Shown: in pieces, positions 47,501-61,430 of the stretch
Layout: each line of letters opens with the position of its first letter
Position numbering within the stretch: the first letter of the stretch is position 1
Source: Carcharhinus amblyrhynchos
Lineage: Eukaryota
NCBI GenBank assembly: GCA_965287045.1
Contig: OZ336880.1
Coordinates: 63,116,001 to 63,180,000, forward strand
DNA length: 64,000 nucleotides
Direction: 5' to 3'
The notes under the pieces: model-generated
Told to the model about the DNA's origin: nothing
Seen by the model: only the letters and a program-made list of their open reading frames with translations
The model's database searches: none
Program-made: the position numbers and the translations under genes

Positions 47501-48719
47501 ATGCGGAAACCACAGGGGCACCACTACTTAGAGTGGTGTAAAGCTCTGTAGTATGTGAGGCAATATCTTGCCCATAATCTTAATGTTTTGAGATGTTTAA
47601 CAAGTTTTTTTTTCTCTCAATGATTGGTTTCTTGATAGTTTCTGTCATCAGAAAAAGCCAGCATAAACTGGATAAATGGAAAGATTCTTGCATCAAAATA
47701 AGTGAAGGCACGATTGGGAGGAGGCCATACAGGAACTGGTAATTACCATCAGTGTACGATGTAGTTGGAAGTTGTGCTCATCCCAATTTCGTATTCAGGT
47801 TTATAAAGCCTATCTTTATTGTGGTTCCAGCAACAGTCTCTTTAAGGACTAATGGTTAGGCTACCTCAATTCTCTGAGTGTTCCTAGCCTGGGCCAATCA
47901 AATTCAGTGCAAACTAATTTGGGGGCATGAATCCCTCCTTTGGCAAGGTTAATGATGCCTCTTTTGATGTTTATGTCGATATGGCAGGCATTGCGCTTTC
48001 AGCTCAGAATGTGCACGCAGTTAATGCAGTTGTTCCAATTTGGCATCTTTAACATGGGTACAACATCATTGAATTTCCAGATCACAGTACTTGTTATGAG
48101 GCAGAAACAATTTTTTTGTTGCATGCTCTTGCTGAGCTACAAATAACAATGATTAATAATTACTCTACTTATAATAACCCGCTCATTGGATTTGACATAG
48201 TTTAATGTTACATCACATATGGTTTTCTGCAATAGATATCAAACACAGATTAGTGTGCTGAGTAATTAGCTACTTACAAGTAAATAGAAAGATGAGACTC
48301 ATAAGATTTGGAAACTGTAACAAGCTTAGAGTAATATTAAACAGAAATACGATGTGAAACTCCGTAATGGATCAGATATCCTTTGAAGATTTAAACTATG
48401 TTTCTAATAAATGCAGGAGGAAGTTTCAGTTCAATGTAGATTTCCAACTGTTTGCATTTGATATTAGTTTTGGTATTGACATAACAGTTTGATTTGCAAT
48501 GTGGTATATGTAACATACTATATAAGTCGGCCTTTGAGACCTTGAAAAACCGCTGCAAAAACAGGAGTCAACATGATTGCTGTGAATAAAATGGGAACTG
48601 GTGTCATTGTAGGTGGTCACTACTTTGAAATATGAAAAAAGCAACACCAGTATTTCAAATTAAATCAATGTGACATGTATCAATGAATTAATTAATTCTA
48701 CAAGAATATCTTTAATTAC

Positions 48720-49900
48720 AATCAAATGATTTAAAAACCATCAAATTCATTGTCTTCGGCATCCAATGCAGAGTTTATCAAATTCACCATGAGTTATTTC
48801 AGCTGTGACATCATTGTAAAGATCTACTCTGGATCAAGACTGGCACTTCTGGTTCAGAACCTTTCCTGCATGACAAATCATTTTCCTTCCCATCCACTGA
48901 ATTGGTTGTTCTGCATTTTTTGAATAATCTGATGACAGTTTGTCCACTAATATTACCCCACAATTTGATGATGAAACCTCACAATAAATCAAGCTGGCAG
49001 CACACACATTTTCACACTTTGTGGTGGTTTTCCTCTGTCAACCATTCAGCAAGAACATAATCTTTGCATGGCTTGTTGAGGAATACGTCCAAACATTGAA
49101 CTTGGACATTAGATCCCTTGGTATAACTGCAATCTGCTGTTATTCCTTTGCAGGCATCACTTGATCTCATTGGCTATATGGGAACATGTCCCACACCAAT
49201 AAACTGCATTCTTCAGGTAGGCTGCCAGGACACCCATTTCACACTTCATCGATCCACAGCTTCATGTCATTCTCATTCATCCAAATGTTATCATGGATAT
49301 AAGCAAAAATTCCAGCAGAAAATGTGATTTTCCACTTTAAAATTACCATAGGCTTTAGTTTTGTTCCATTGGCCATTAAGGCTAATGCCACTGTGAATCT
49401 TGTCTTCTCATGTTCTGTGGTTTTCATTGGAACTGTTTTCAAACCTTTCAGTTTCTAGGCATATCAAAATTCATGGGCCTTTCAACTATGATGGCGATGT
49501 GACTTAACAGGTAATCATGTTTTTGCCACTATCTGATGATGGATTGCTGAGAACTGATAATTTTTGCAAGGAGGTCTTTTAATGGTCTCTGAGTGATCTT
49601 GGTCTCCTCCCATAACACCAGACCATTTTTTTCCATGAAATGGTTACATCAAATAGTTGTCACTCTGAAATCTTTGCTAGTCTCAGAGTTTGATTTGGCC
49701 CATTTAAGTGAGCATGAAGGCATTGTATTTCTGGTGACAATGTAACCATTCCAACAGTTTTCGAGGACCCCATTCCTCTCAAGATCAGGTAATAGCTGGT
49801 ACCTCTTCTCATGGCTCATTTTGTTTTGGGAATCTAGAATGAATATCTTCTTCCTCCATCGTCACACCAGTCTTATACACTAAGTATGTGCCTAAACAAG
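48720..49900 (-). mobile_element. Decayed pogo-family (POGK-like, DDE_1) transposase
   Basis: ORF 49239-49442 gives KTTEHEKTRFTVALALMANGTKLKPMVILK..IWMNENDMKLWIDEV. Further along the minus strand are LLVWDMF (~49183-49203) and AVIP..LDVFLNKPCKD (~49060-49130, frameshifted). Confidence 0.85.
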
Positions 49901-50711
49901 AATTGTTTAGAGTTGTCTTCTAAGCTGGGTTGATCTATACCTTTCAGTAAAGAGTAACTTATACATAGAAAATGGATTGCAATACTTTTGAGGGCATGCC
50001 TGAATCTTGGCAAAACTCCAGTGCTGTCTCCAATAATGCACAGAGTTCTATTTAACCACTCAATTCTTTTGAAGTCAGACGAATTTCATAAATGTAATTA
50101 ATAAATACCAGATGCATAAATAGATAAATATGTACACATGGAAGCAAGGAAGCCACACAATACTTAAGTATGGATGAGTCACAACTTTCTCTGGACAAAT
50201 ATTTGGAAAAAGTTAGTATCATTAGTATCAACTCCTGCCACAAACTGTTCTCCCTCAGCACTTAGCATCTTCCATTCTGGCCATCTGATCAGGTTGAGTC
50301 AAGCTGTGTGAATCCTGGCTGTCATGTTCATCTGGAGCTAAGCTTCAAATCCCACAACCTGTTCATCACCCTGACTGCCTATTTCGCTTTTGCATTGTCT
50401 TCTTGGTAGATCAGTTATCAGTTGTGCCATCTTTTGAAATATTTGTCTGCACTTTTGTAACCATTAGACTACATTATTCCAATGTGCTCTGTCAACCACC
50501 ATGCACCATGAACTCCAAATCCAATTGCCATATTCTATCCCATGCTCAACTTTATATGCTATTATTCCATTCTTGCTGAGCTACTTCCTGCTGTCCAAAC
50601 AATTATATCCAAAATTGCTATCCTTATTCTTTAATTCCTCCACAACTTGCATTTACTTTATGCTACTTCAGCTTTATATTACTTCCCATACCTGTGGGTC
50701 ACCGTTTTTAA

Positions 50712-51008
50712 CGTTTATTTATTAGTGTCACAAGTAGGCTTACGTTAACACTGCAATGAAGTTACTGTGAAAATCGCCTATTTGCCATACTTTGGCTGTT
50801 CAGGTACACTGAGAGAGAAGTTAGCATGGCCACCTCACCTGATCAGCATGTCTTTCAGACTGTGGGAGGAAACCACAGCAACCGAAGGACATACAGGCAC
50901 AGCAAGGATGTGCAGATTCTGTATAGACAGTAATCCAAGCTGGGAATCACACTCAGGTCCCTAGTGCTGTGATGCAACTGTGCTAACCACAGGACTACCA
51001 TGCTGCCT
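50712..51008 (-). mobile_element. V-SINE-type SINE with a non-CR1 3' tail
   Basis: Minus strand: gtggttagcacagttgcatcacagc head, gtttcctcccacagtctgaaagacatgc central domain, tail identical in type to 1754-1823. Confidence 0.75.
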
Positions 51009-51104
51009 GTGCACTCCCTTCTCTCTTTACTCCACTACTGATGTCAAAACTTTTTTTTTACCTCAGTCTTAATTCTTAAAAATTCTACCCTGAAAACAAT
51101 AAAA

Positions 51105-52260
51105 TCACAAAGGCTATTCAGCCTTTGTGCCTATTCTGTCATTCAATCTTATTCTTAATTTTATCCACATACCTTGGCTCCAATTCCATTTGTTCCCTTG
51201 GAGAGCAAAAACCGACTGCTCTTAGAATCAGAATTACTAATTGAGCTTGTATCTATTGCTGTTGGTGCTAAACAGTTCCACACTTCTATTATGAAGGTAT
51301 ATTTCCTTTTTCTCTCCTGAATATTCTGGATCTCATCTTAATATTATGTCCTCTTATCTCATCTTCCTTATCAACAGAGAAAGTTTATTTCTATTACTTC
51401 TTTCAAGATCTTAAAAATATCAATCAACTCACCACTTAACCTTTTACTTTCCAGGAAATACAAGCTTAGATTACATAATTGCTTCATTATTTTAACCCTT
51501 CATGCCGTTGTAATGTTTTGCTGAATCTATGCTTCATTCCTTGCTAAAGCCAATATATCCTGTCTAAAGTGCAGTGCCAAGAACTGCACACAGTACCCCT
51601 TATGGAGTGTTATTATTGCTTTGTATAGCTGTAGCAAATTGCCCTCCTCTTTATATTCTAACCTTTTAGATATAAAGGATAATATATAATTCATCATTTT
51701 GATTATTTTTGTACTTGGCCACTACAGTTTAACAATCTGTGTACATAGACTGCTAAATCTCTTCAGACCTACATTGTTCCTAACTTTTCAGGATTTAATT
51801 AAATACTCAGACCCATCCATTTTTGGTCCAAAATGTATAACCTCACACTTATCAGAGTTGAAATTCATCTATCACATTTTTGTCCACTCACTTAATCTAT
51901 CAATGTCTCTTTGTAGTTGTATGCCCCCATCTGCCTTACTTACTCTGCCACATACTTGTGTGATCAGCAAACTTTGATATATGGCTCTCCACTGTGTTAT
52001 CTAAGTCATCAATAAATATAGCCCCAGCACAGATTCTCGTGAGGGAGCACCAGTCATATCCTTTGAATTTGAGCACATAATATTATCCCTGCTCTCTATC
52101 TTCTACTGCTTAACCAATCTCCTGTTCCTCCTAATTTACCTGTAATTCCATTGGCTTTAATTTCAGCCAACTATCTCTTATCTGCAACTGTATCAAACAT
52201 CTATTTTCTCTCACAATTTTAAAAATCAACTCAAAATTCACCTTTTCCAGTAATCCACTG
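51105..52260 (-). mobile_element. CR1-type LINE remnant
   Basis: RT motif ISKFADH (cf. FADD) on the minus strand at ~51960-51980; CR1-like tail near 51110. Confidence 0.75.
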
Positions 52261-53871
52261 ATGATCCCGTCTATTGCCACCACAGCCTAATAGTCTCTAT
52301 TGTGAGGCAAACCTTTTTTATTGCCAATGAAGATCAAGTCCTTTAGTGGGGATTGAACACTTGACTTGCAGGTCGGTATATTGCCAACTGAGCCAGCATG
52401 TAGTTGCAAGAATATATTCATATTGTATAACATTAAAAAAAGATTAAAGCATGGTTTTGACTGGAACACGTTGCCACAAAAAATGCACTTTTATCTGCGA
52501 TTGAAAATTGCAGATTCGAGTCAGTAAAGAGGTCGACAGTTTTGATAACTCAGATATAACTATCCGCGTGATGCTAATTAATCACAATAGTAAAATTATG
52601 TGGAAATATTAAACAGCAGCAACTCTGTTGGTGGCAACTAGCACCAGCACTTACCTTCAAAATCAATGGATTTAAAACTTTCCTAATATTCTATTTGAAA
52701 TCTCTGCCTCACTTCCTTTCTTACTCCCTTTAAGTGGCAGCCTAGGAGAAGGCACAGTAGGCTGGGTGGTCAGGTGGGCACTGGGATGATGTGGGTACAA
52801 AAGGTGCTATATATCAGGAATGTGGGTGTTCTCCCCTGGGTGCAGGCAGACACACAGCATGCAAGAGCTGCTCAATATTATCAATAAACCTTCATTGTTG
52901 TTAGTTCCTGGTTGCCAACTATTGCAACCCAGTACTTTTACAGCTACTTCAAACAGAAAAAACATGAGGCAAGGGAAAACTACCTCAGCTACACTTCACC
53001 AATCTGTGACTGAAGATTTTCATGTGAACTGTGTAGCTTGGAAACTTTCTGATGGCACTAATCATGGGATAAAAATACTTTGCTATTTTTAGATATTGCT
53101 ATTGAACAATAGCGTTAGAGGAATACAACTTGGATGAACCAAAGGCAGCTCAAAACATTATCATACATAGTTCTATATTGCTATTTTATCAGGAGTTGAT
53201 GCATAGTTATTATTTCGTGCAGATGTAAGTAGTTTATTGTGAGTTTCCTCTGGTATAATGTTTGCTCTTCAAATCATTAAAAGCTGCAAAGTGTTTGATA
53301 AGAATAAGCTGAAACCATCAACTTCAGCAAGGGAGTAAAACAGATGCCATATAGATCGACTGTTGTTATACTCCCTCCTGGCATTCCTTTCAATGAAAGT
53401 CAACAAAAGAACGTAAAACATTCCAGTTTTATTCCACCATGTAATATGCCAGGAAATCCCCAACTGCATAATTAATGAGACCGGATACACATTATACAGC
53501 GTGTGTTCCCAATGGCCTCCATGGCGGGTGACACTGCCGCTTGTCATCCCCGCCATGAGATTTATGGTCACGCCCCTCAATTGCAAGTTTCCCGACAGTG
53601 GAGGCAGTTCACCATCGGTTGCTGGTGGTATCCACTGGTCCTGCTAATGTCTATGATATTTTGCACAGCTTGCCCATCCTACTGCTAGGAAGCCACCATG
53701 TGGGAGGGTGGGGGTGTGGGTTGGGGGGTGGGGGGTCACCGGTAGGGTCTATGGTTGGAGGTCAGAAAATCCCACTCTTCGTCTTGGAATGAAAAATTCC
53801 ACCCATCAACTCTGCTTCTCTCCACAGATCTTGCCTGATCCTGAGTATCTTTTTTTATCTTTATGTGCACC

Positions 53872-54100
53872 ATTCCTCCGGGGACTCTGGTATCTTCCCA
53901 CAGTCCAAAGGTGTGCAGGTTAGGTGGATTGGCCATACTAAATTGCCCCTTAGTGTCCAAAAGATGTGTAGATTAGGGGATTAGTGGGGTAAACACATGG
54001 GATTGCAGGGATAGAGCTTGGATGGGATGCTTTATTGGAGAGTCGGTGCAGACTCAATGGACTGAATGGCCTCCTTCTGCACTGTAGGAATTCTATGATT
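53872..54100 (+). mobile_element. HE1/V-SINE-type SINE, 5'-truncated
   Basis: cccacagtccaaaggtgtgcaggttaggtggattggccatactaaattgcccc..gaatggcctccttctgcactgtaggaattctatgatt. Confidence 0.85.
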
Positions 54101-55029
54101 TAATCTTATTTCCTTTGTAATGATTCATAACATGCTACGTTCTACATTAAGATGATTCATTTGTCTTTAACAATGTTCCTTTTTTCAGACCACCCAGTCA
54201 CAAGCCAAACTCAAGGAATATATGATTAATAGATTTGACTTCCTCGGGATAGAGTTTGGAGAAGTAAAGATAAAAGAAATAAAGTTTGAATGGTAATTTT
54301 CATCTCATCAGTACATGTGAGTACTCCCAATGGACGTTGATTCGGTTACTTTAAATCTTGATGTACCAATATTTACTATTTAAAGTAGAACAATTTAAAA
54401 ATAGAACGTAAACGTAATAAGTCCTATTGTATTTAATCAAATATTTATTTTAAAGACATCCCATAGCATTGACATATCCAGAGTTGCAAGAAATAATTAA
54501 TAATATTAGCATTGATTACGACATACTAATTAAACTGGTCATCAAAGAGGTTATCATTCTCACTGTGCATGGCATATAACTATATTACCTTCATATTTTA
54601 ACAAGAATTGTTTTAGGGCAATCGTTTCCAGTTTCATAGCACAATTCTGCATTCACCCTCCTTATAGCTTGCTCACTGTTAAATTGGCACAAACAAGTCA
54701 AATCCTAAACTCAGCCTTAATATGTACTTGCTATTCTCAATCTTGTTCCGTGTTTTACAATTCTTAGTCCAAAACCTTCTTTAATCATTGGCTTCAAAGG
54801 TAATTATCTATGAGCAACACTACAGTAATATTTATTTTTGTTACAAATGTATGGGTAGAGGAAATAGTTTAATTTTTGAAATAAGGAAGTACTGAAATTA
54901 TTATTAATATAGGAATGCAAAATTCAGATTTCCAATGGGATGTAGTAAAATTAGTGCTGGAGCAAATATGATGTTGTTGCATCAGAGGAGACTGGAAGGA
55001 AAAGGACAACAACTGAACTGTCAGAAATA

Positions 55030-55540
55030 AAATCTTGGAACAGGACAACACAGACCCATCGGGTCTGCACCAGGTATATCAAAGTGCAAGTAGTACCACT
55101 TCCATGATCTTTCTCCATATGTCTGCAATTATTTGTTCTGCAAATATTTATCCAATTACCTTTGAAATGTATTAATTCTCTTTCCAACACCTATTAGTCA
55201 ATGAATTACAACTCTTAACATTCATTTGCTTTAAGGTTTTCCTTATTCTGCCACTGGTTTCTTTGGCAATCACCTAAAATCTATACACTCTGGTTATTAA
55301 CCCCTCAACCATTGGGAACTGTTTGTCCTTAATTACTCCATTTAAACCCATCATGGTTTTAAACACCTCCATCAAATCTTCTCCTACCCAAACCTCTCTG
55401 CTTCCAAATGAACATCCTTGATCTCGTCAGATTATCCACATTAACTATAATCCTGGAACCATTCTAGTACTTCTGCACAATGACTAAAACCTTCAGAATT
55501 CAACACAGTAGTGGGGTTAAAACTAACATTTTATATAGGT
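55030..55540 (-). mobile_element. CR1-type LINE 3' remnant
   Basis: Collinear similarity to 35121-35620 (e.g. catcatggttttaaacacctccatcaaatct, cctggaaccattctagt). Confidence 0.6.
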
Positions 55541-58500
55541 ATTCGAAATATTGCCATTTGAATTCAAAATTCTGTCTGAAATTGACATTATAACCAATTA
55601 CATATTTTCTGGTATCCTTTTAATTGCTTTTGTTTCCATTTGTAACTTCCCTTTGTTTTCTGCCTAGGTACCATTTTCTCCATTTCTATTTACCCTTTGT
55701 TGCCTCTCTCTGTCTTCTCAGTCCAGATTATTTACTCCCTTGTCTGGTCTCCCTCTGTTTTTCTCTCTTGCACCTCCCTGCATTTTTTGATTGCTGATTT
55801 ACCTCACCCCTTTCCTTTTTCTCACTCATGCACTGACAAGCTGTGATTATGCAACATTAAAATTAATAAGTCTTGTAACTTCACAGCAATCCAGTTTTGA
55901 AAACCAGTCACTGCTGAGAGCTGCTGTCACCTGTCGACGTTCACCATTTGGCTTTGAAACACGCTGCAATAATCTTTACACCTCTGCACGTGTGCCATAC
56001 TATTCAAGATGTTCGCTGACTGTGTGGACATACTTCCAATTTATAAAAAAAAATGGTGCAGCTAATGAAATTCTAGCCTATAGTAATATATGATTTGCAC
56101 TTGTAAAGTAATCCAGCAGAGATTTATATTGATGGCAACATTCCTGAATAGGTGTGAATGCTATATAATTTGGCAATATTTTGCAATAAGCTTGAGAACA
56201 GGTCATTCTAAGCAAATTTTGTTTCTGCCTCCGATGGATATTCAATTTAATCTTCCGATAGTGTGGATCTGCTATATAAATAGCATTCATGTGAAATGAT
56301 TTCTGTTTAATAGTAATGAAGGAATTGGGAATATAATTATGGATGAACAGGATTTAAAGCTTAAAAGATTGTAGCTTGTCAGTGAACAACCGTTTTAAGA
56401 TTTTATTGTTTGAGTAGGACAGCAATTCAGTTGGTTCTTTTTTAACTTTATTGCAATTTAAGTGCTGATGAACTGCTGAGCACAGAACTGGATTGCAAAC
56501 ACAACGAGCTTTATTCAAATAATTATTTTAACTGCTTTACAAAGGTGTAGTTATCTTTTTAACTACTCTACTTTGGAGAGCCTGTAATTTTTTAAGAAGG
56601 GATTTTGCAAAACTGGGCTGTACAATCAATATGGAAAACATCTGTTTGTTTCAGACAATAGGCTGCCCTATTGAAACAGTATCGCCTGAACACTGTTGGA
56701 TACACCAAGCATTGCCTTTACTCAGCATTTCACTTGATTCAATACTGATATCAGATCAGATGCATTTCACAAAAAAAACCCACGAATGGATAAAAGCAAC
56801 AAAGACTTGTTATTTTGCTCCATCACTGTATACCTCTGACACTAGGATGTTTAAGGTGAGAAAATGTTACATGCCTAATGAATGTTACATGACTAATGAT
56901 AAGGTAGGTTTCTCTGACATTAACAACTGCTGTGGTCTCTGAATTTGTCCATATATGCTGAACAGCAACTGTGCCTTTTGTTCTTTTTATTAAGGATTTG
57001 TGCAAATAAGAAGTTTTGAAAAGAAAGAATTTGCACATCACACTAAATTTCAGAAAATTTGTTTGTAGCATATTTTCAGAACTCTACTATGCACCACAAA
57101 AACTTCAATTTTGATTCAGCATTCAATGCAGATATAAATTGGTTGATAATTTATAGGAATCTTACATTGGGTTTTAATTTCTTGTATGCACACTACTGTT
57201 TTTTTTAACTTGATGGCTGTTTGTGCTTTGAAAATGTAAATGTGAGAAATTTTATTAAAATAATTTAAAAACATATTTTCTAAAAGCATTTCTTAAATGT
57301 AATATAGATTATTTTAATGCTTAAAATGATGTGCATATTAACCATATTCGTGTTCAGATCATACCTTTATATTATGCACGCAGCAATATTAAAGAGTAAT
57401 TTCAGAAAAGCAAACATTCACCATGATTACTTAGATTTATAATTTTGCTTCTGACCTGTTTAGAGACTGTTTGAGGATGCTGGGGACAGCATTGGTCCTG
57501 CAAGTGAATACTGACCTTGTCCAAGTCAGCCCAGTACCTAAAATGGCAGCAAAGTGGACAAAATATTAACACATTAACTGTAAGGTTTACGTGCAGAATT
57601 ATGACTTCATAAAATATAGATAGATGTTATCAAATTCACATGCCAGACAATAAGCTACAAAATTAAAAAAATAGGTTTCTAGATGCAAGGTTGGTTGGTC
57701 AGAATTAAATGTATAACTTCCAGGCATCAATGTTCATTTTAAAACATCTGTGAGTTCACTAGAGTGTTTATCGTAACGTGCCATCTTATTTATAACCCAG
57801 CTCCAACACAAGTGAATGGTACAGAGTGTGACCAGAAACACATTTAGGAAAATGCACATCTCCTACCACCCTGTGGCACTCAGCAGCTATTACATACGCC
57901 AAATATCTTTAAAACTCATTTACATTGAAATTATTATGAATACAGCCCAAAATTTTCAAAGTCCTGTCTGAAACATTCCACAAAGATAGTTTTATGAAGA
58001 AACACTACATGCACTCCAGTACCCACTCTTACCATATGTGCACGCCATGTCCATCAGATGAGACCAAAACAGATGGAAATGTTATTTTTCATGGTGGTTT
58101 ATGGTTTCTCAAAATATTCTGGTGAAAAGGAAAAAAAATACACAATAAGACTATTTTCATGTACTATCATTGTCAATTATTTGTTGTTTAACATCCACAC
58201 TTGCTGATAAAGAAACTTACAGCTTTTTACTAGTGGGTAGGTAAGTATTGTCTGTTATTGAAGTGGTGACTGACAAAGCTAAATGTCTGCTAGTTAAAAC
58301 AAGCAGGAGGCTAATAGGATTTGCTGGTGCACATTTTACAAATACTCTGAATTTTATTTGGGGCAGATGGCTCTTAACTGCAATGAGCAACAGCAGTTAG
58401 AACAGAGAGTGAGATGGATGGAAAAAAAAACATATACTTCCTTTAAACAAGTAAGATGACCTGCAGATGTTTGTGCAGAGGAGGTGCTGACGCAGACAAG

Positions 58501-59653
58501 TGAAGCAACTGCTTCAAGTCTCCATTGATGTCTAACAGTGGATATCCACGGTAGCTGTCTTTACTGATAGGCAAGATTTATAGAGGTTATTTTCCAGATT
58601 ACACACTGTCAGGGAAACTGCAGTTAAAGAAAGGAAAATGCACCATTTCTTCTGCCTACCAGGAAAAGTGATACTTACAAGAAAAACTTTAAACCATCTC
58701 ACTTTCATACTTCAGGTAGTCTTTTAATAGCTCTGGGCTTTTCTCAAACCATGACATTTTTACATCAATCTCCCTCTGGGTTTTGGACCAACTGGCTTAC
58801 CATAATTTGCTAGTTTCCTACACATGGTTCTACTAGACTAATAAATGACCTTCTTATCTGACTGACACCTGACGTCAAATTAATCCACAACAAAACATGT
58901 ACATTATTACTTAACAATTTGTACAGAAGTTCCACGTAGTCTGACTTTATTATTCCTGAATTCAAAAAGTAAATTAAAGCATCATATGATAAATAATAGT
59001 TGGTTTATAAATGTAGATTAATTTAAAGCCCTAAATTGCAGTTTCTTAGTTTAACCCTTAACAACTGGGCAGCAGAGCTTTTGCTAGTTGTTATCTACTT
59101 TGGTGCATCAAGTGTTAACCATTTGCTATACCTGTTTAAATATTGTTACAAAACTATACTTCAGTTTCTCTTCACAATATGATTGGTTTTATTCAGTTTT
59201 CCATAAATCATATGATAGAGCCTTATTGTACTATCAAATGTCACATGAGCAGAATACTTCTAATTTCTATGTTGTTATCATTCTAGGAAGCACTTTTTAA
59301 CAAGAAGATGATGGTGATGAACAGATGCTGGAGATACTGCACCGTGAGGGGTTAGTTAAATCCTTGCTCACATTTTCCACCACTGCACCATTATACATTA
59401 AGCAGAAAAGAACACGCAATTACAGATTGTATCTTATCGGAACTATTTTGGAGCAGCACTACAGGAATATTTTCTTTCAATATTTTTAATATGATTCTTA
59501 ATGTGATTGTTGTTCTTAATAATGAAGCCTCATGAGAAGAATAAAAATGCAGGAAATTAAATACACATTGGGTATTTGGGTCAGATGTTTAACCATAATT
59601 CTGCACAAACCCCTGATACTTATTCGCCAATCACCTCATATTGTTTTCATTGC

Positions 59654-61430
59654 ATAAGAACATAAAAAACTAAGAACTAGGAGCAGAAGTAGACCACATG
59701 GTCACTTGAGCCTGTTCTGCCATTCAGTATGATTTTTGTTGAACCTCACCCTCAACTCCATTTTCCTGTCTACTCTTAATATACTCCCTTCATCACGTGA
59801 GAGATCCAAAAACTATTTATCCCAATGCTGAATATATGTAACGATAGAGCATTTATAAACCTCTAAAGGGAGATGATTCCAAAGAAGACAACCCTCTTCG
59901 TGAAGAGATTTCTCCTTATTTCAGTCCTATCTCTTATCCTGAGATTGTGCCCTCATGTTCTGGATTCCCCAGCCAGGAGAAAGAACATTTCATTGTCTCC
60001 TTTGTCAAGCCACTTCAGGATCTTGTATGTTTCAATTGTTATTCTTTTCTCATGAAATGTGGGCACTGCAAACAAGGCTAGGATTTGTTGCCCACACCAA
60101 ATGCTTTTGAACTGAAGGACTTGCTAGGCAGGAATAAAGCACATTGTTGTGGGTCAGGCCAAGTAGGGATGACAGATTTGCTGCCCAACAGAGGATTAGT
60201 GAACCAATTGGGTACTTATGACAATCAACTGGACTGTTCCATTCAGAATGAGGTAAGTAAATTTGTCTCCATACGCTTTGCTGTGTAGAAAGAGTATAAG
60301 CAATGGTTCTTCGAGCTTAGAGATGTGGAGGTAGTACATTTCATACTGACTGACCCAATGGTAGCTGGGCGTGGTCAGGGAGTAGTCATGTGAAAATGAT
60401 GCTTCTACCCAGAGTACAATGGTACTGCTGTTGTGCTTTGATACAACTTTGGTACAGTGTTATCATTTGTTGCAAGGGAAATTGCATACAAGAGCTGGAA
60501 GATCATGTTTCACTTATACAGGAATATATCTAGACTACTTTGTACAGTATTGGTTTGCTTATTTAATGGTCACCATTCCTAAGACGAGCTTTCAATTCTA
60601 AATTTTATGAATTGAATTTAAATTTCATCAGATGCCCCACTGTTGCCCTCACATTCTTCGAAACACCAGAGAGTATTGGTCCAACTTACTCAGCCTCTCA
60701 TTAAAGGGCAACTCTCTCACCCCAGGAAGCAATCTAATTAACCTTCACTTCACTGTCTCAAAGGCAAGTATAGACTTCCCTACATACGGACACCAGAACT
60801 GCACACACTACTCTATATGTGGTCTCACCAAAGCCCAAGAAAATTGTAGCAAGACTTTCGAATTCTTGTACTCCAATCTCCTTGCAATAAAGGCCAACGT
60901 GCAATTTGCTTTCCTAATTGATTGCTTTACCAGCATGCCAGCTTTCTGAGTAGAGGAATTAGAAGAATACAGTCAAGCCTTTGAACATCAACATTTAAAA
61001 TATCTTGACTTTGAAAAAGTATTCTGCTTTTGCATTCTTACTTACAAAGCAAATAATTTCACACTCATGTTATTTTCCAGCTGTCACCCTGTTACCCCTT
61101 CAGTTAATCTGGCTATAACTTTTTGCAGCAACTGCCTCACAGATTTCATTCTCATCTAATTTTATACTGTCAGCAAACTTGGATGAATTATTCTCAGTCT
61201 TTTCACCAAAGTCCTTAACATAGAGATTAAATAGTTGAGAATGCAGCATTGACCCTTGGAGTGCTCCACTAGATACTAACTAGAAAATTGTCCATTTGTC
61301 CTGGCTGTTTCCTTCCTGCCCATTTTCCAATCTTCCATTAATGCTAACATATTAGCCTCAACTCCAAGAGTCCTAACTATCCATAAAATCCTTTTGGCGA
61401 CACCTTCAAAATCCAGGTACACTATATCCT
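59654..61430 (-). mobile_element. CR1 LINE remnant interrupted at ~60038-60644
   Basis: Tail cataagaacataaaaaactaagaactaggagcagaagtagaccac at 59654; RT motif SKFADS on the minus strand at 61166-61183; collinear with the other CR1 copies. Confidence 0.8.
60040..60640 (-). mobile_element. SINE (same family as 42889-43072) nested in CR1, itself split by ~335 nt
   Basis: 60565-60636 is the reverse complement of the 42980-43045 segment; 60045-60228 looks like the 3' half (cagattt..attagtgaacca..gacaatc). Confidence 0.55.

Noticed and set aside
56863-56898. 18-bp tandem duplication
   Set aside because: Only two copies with no spacer or array structure; ordinary slippage.
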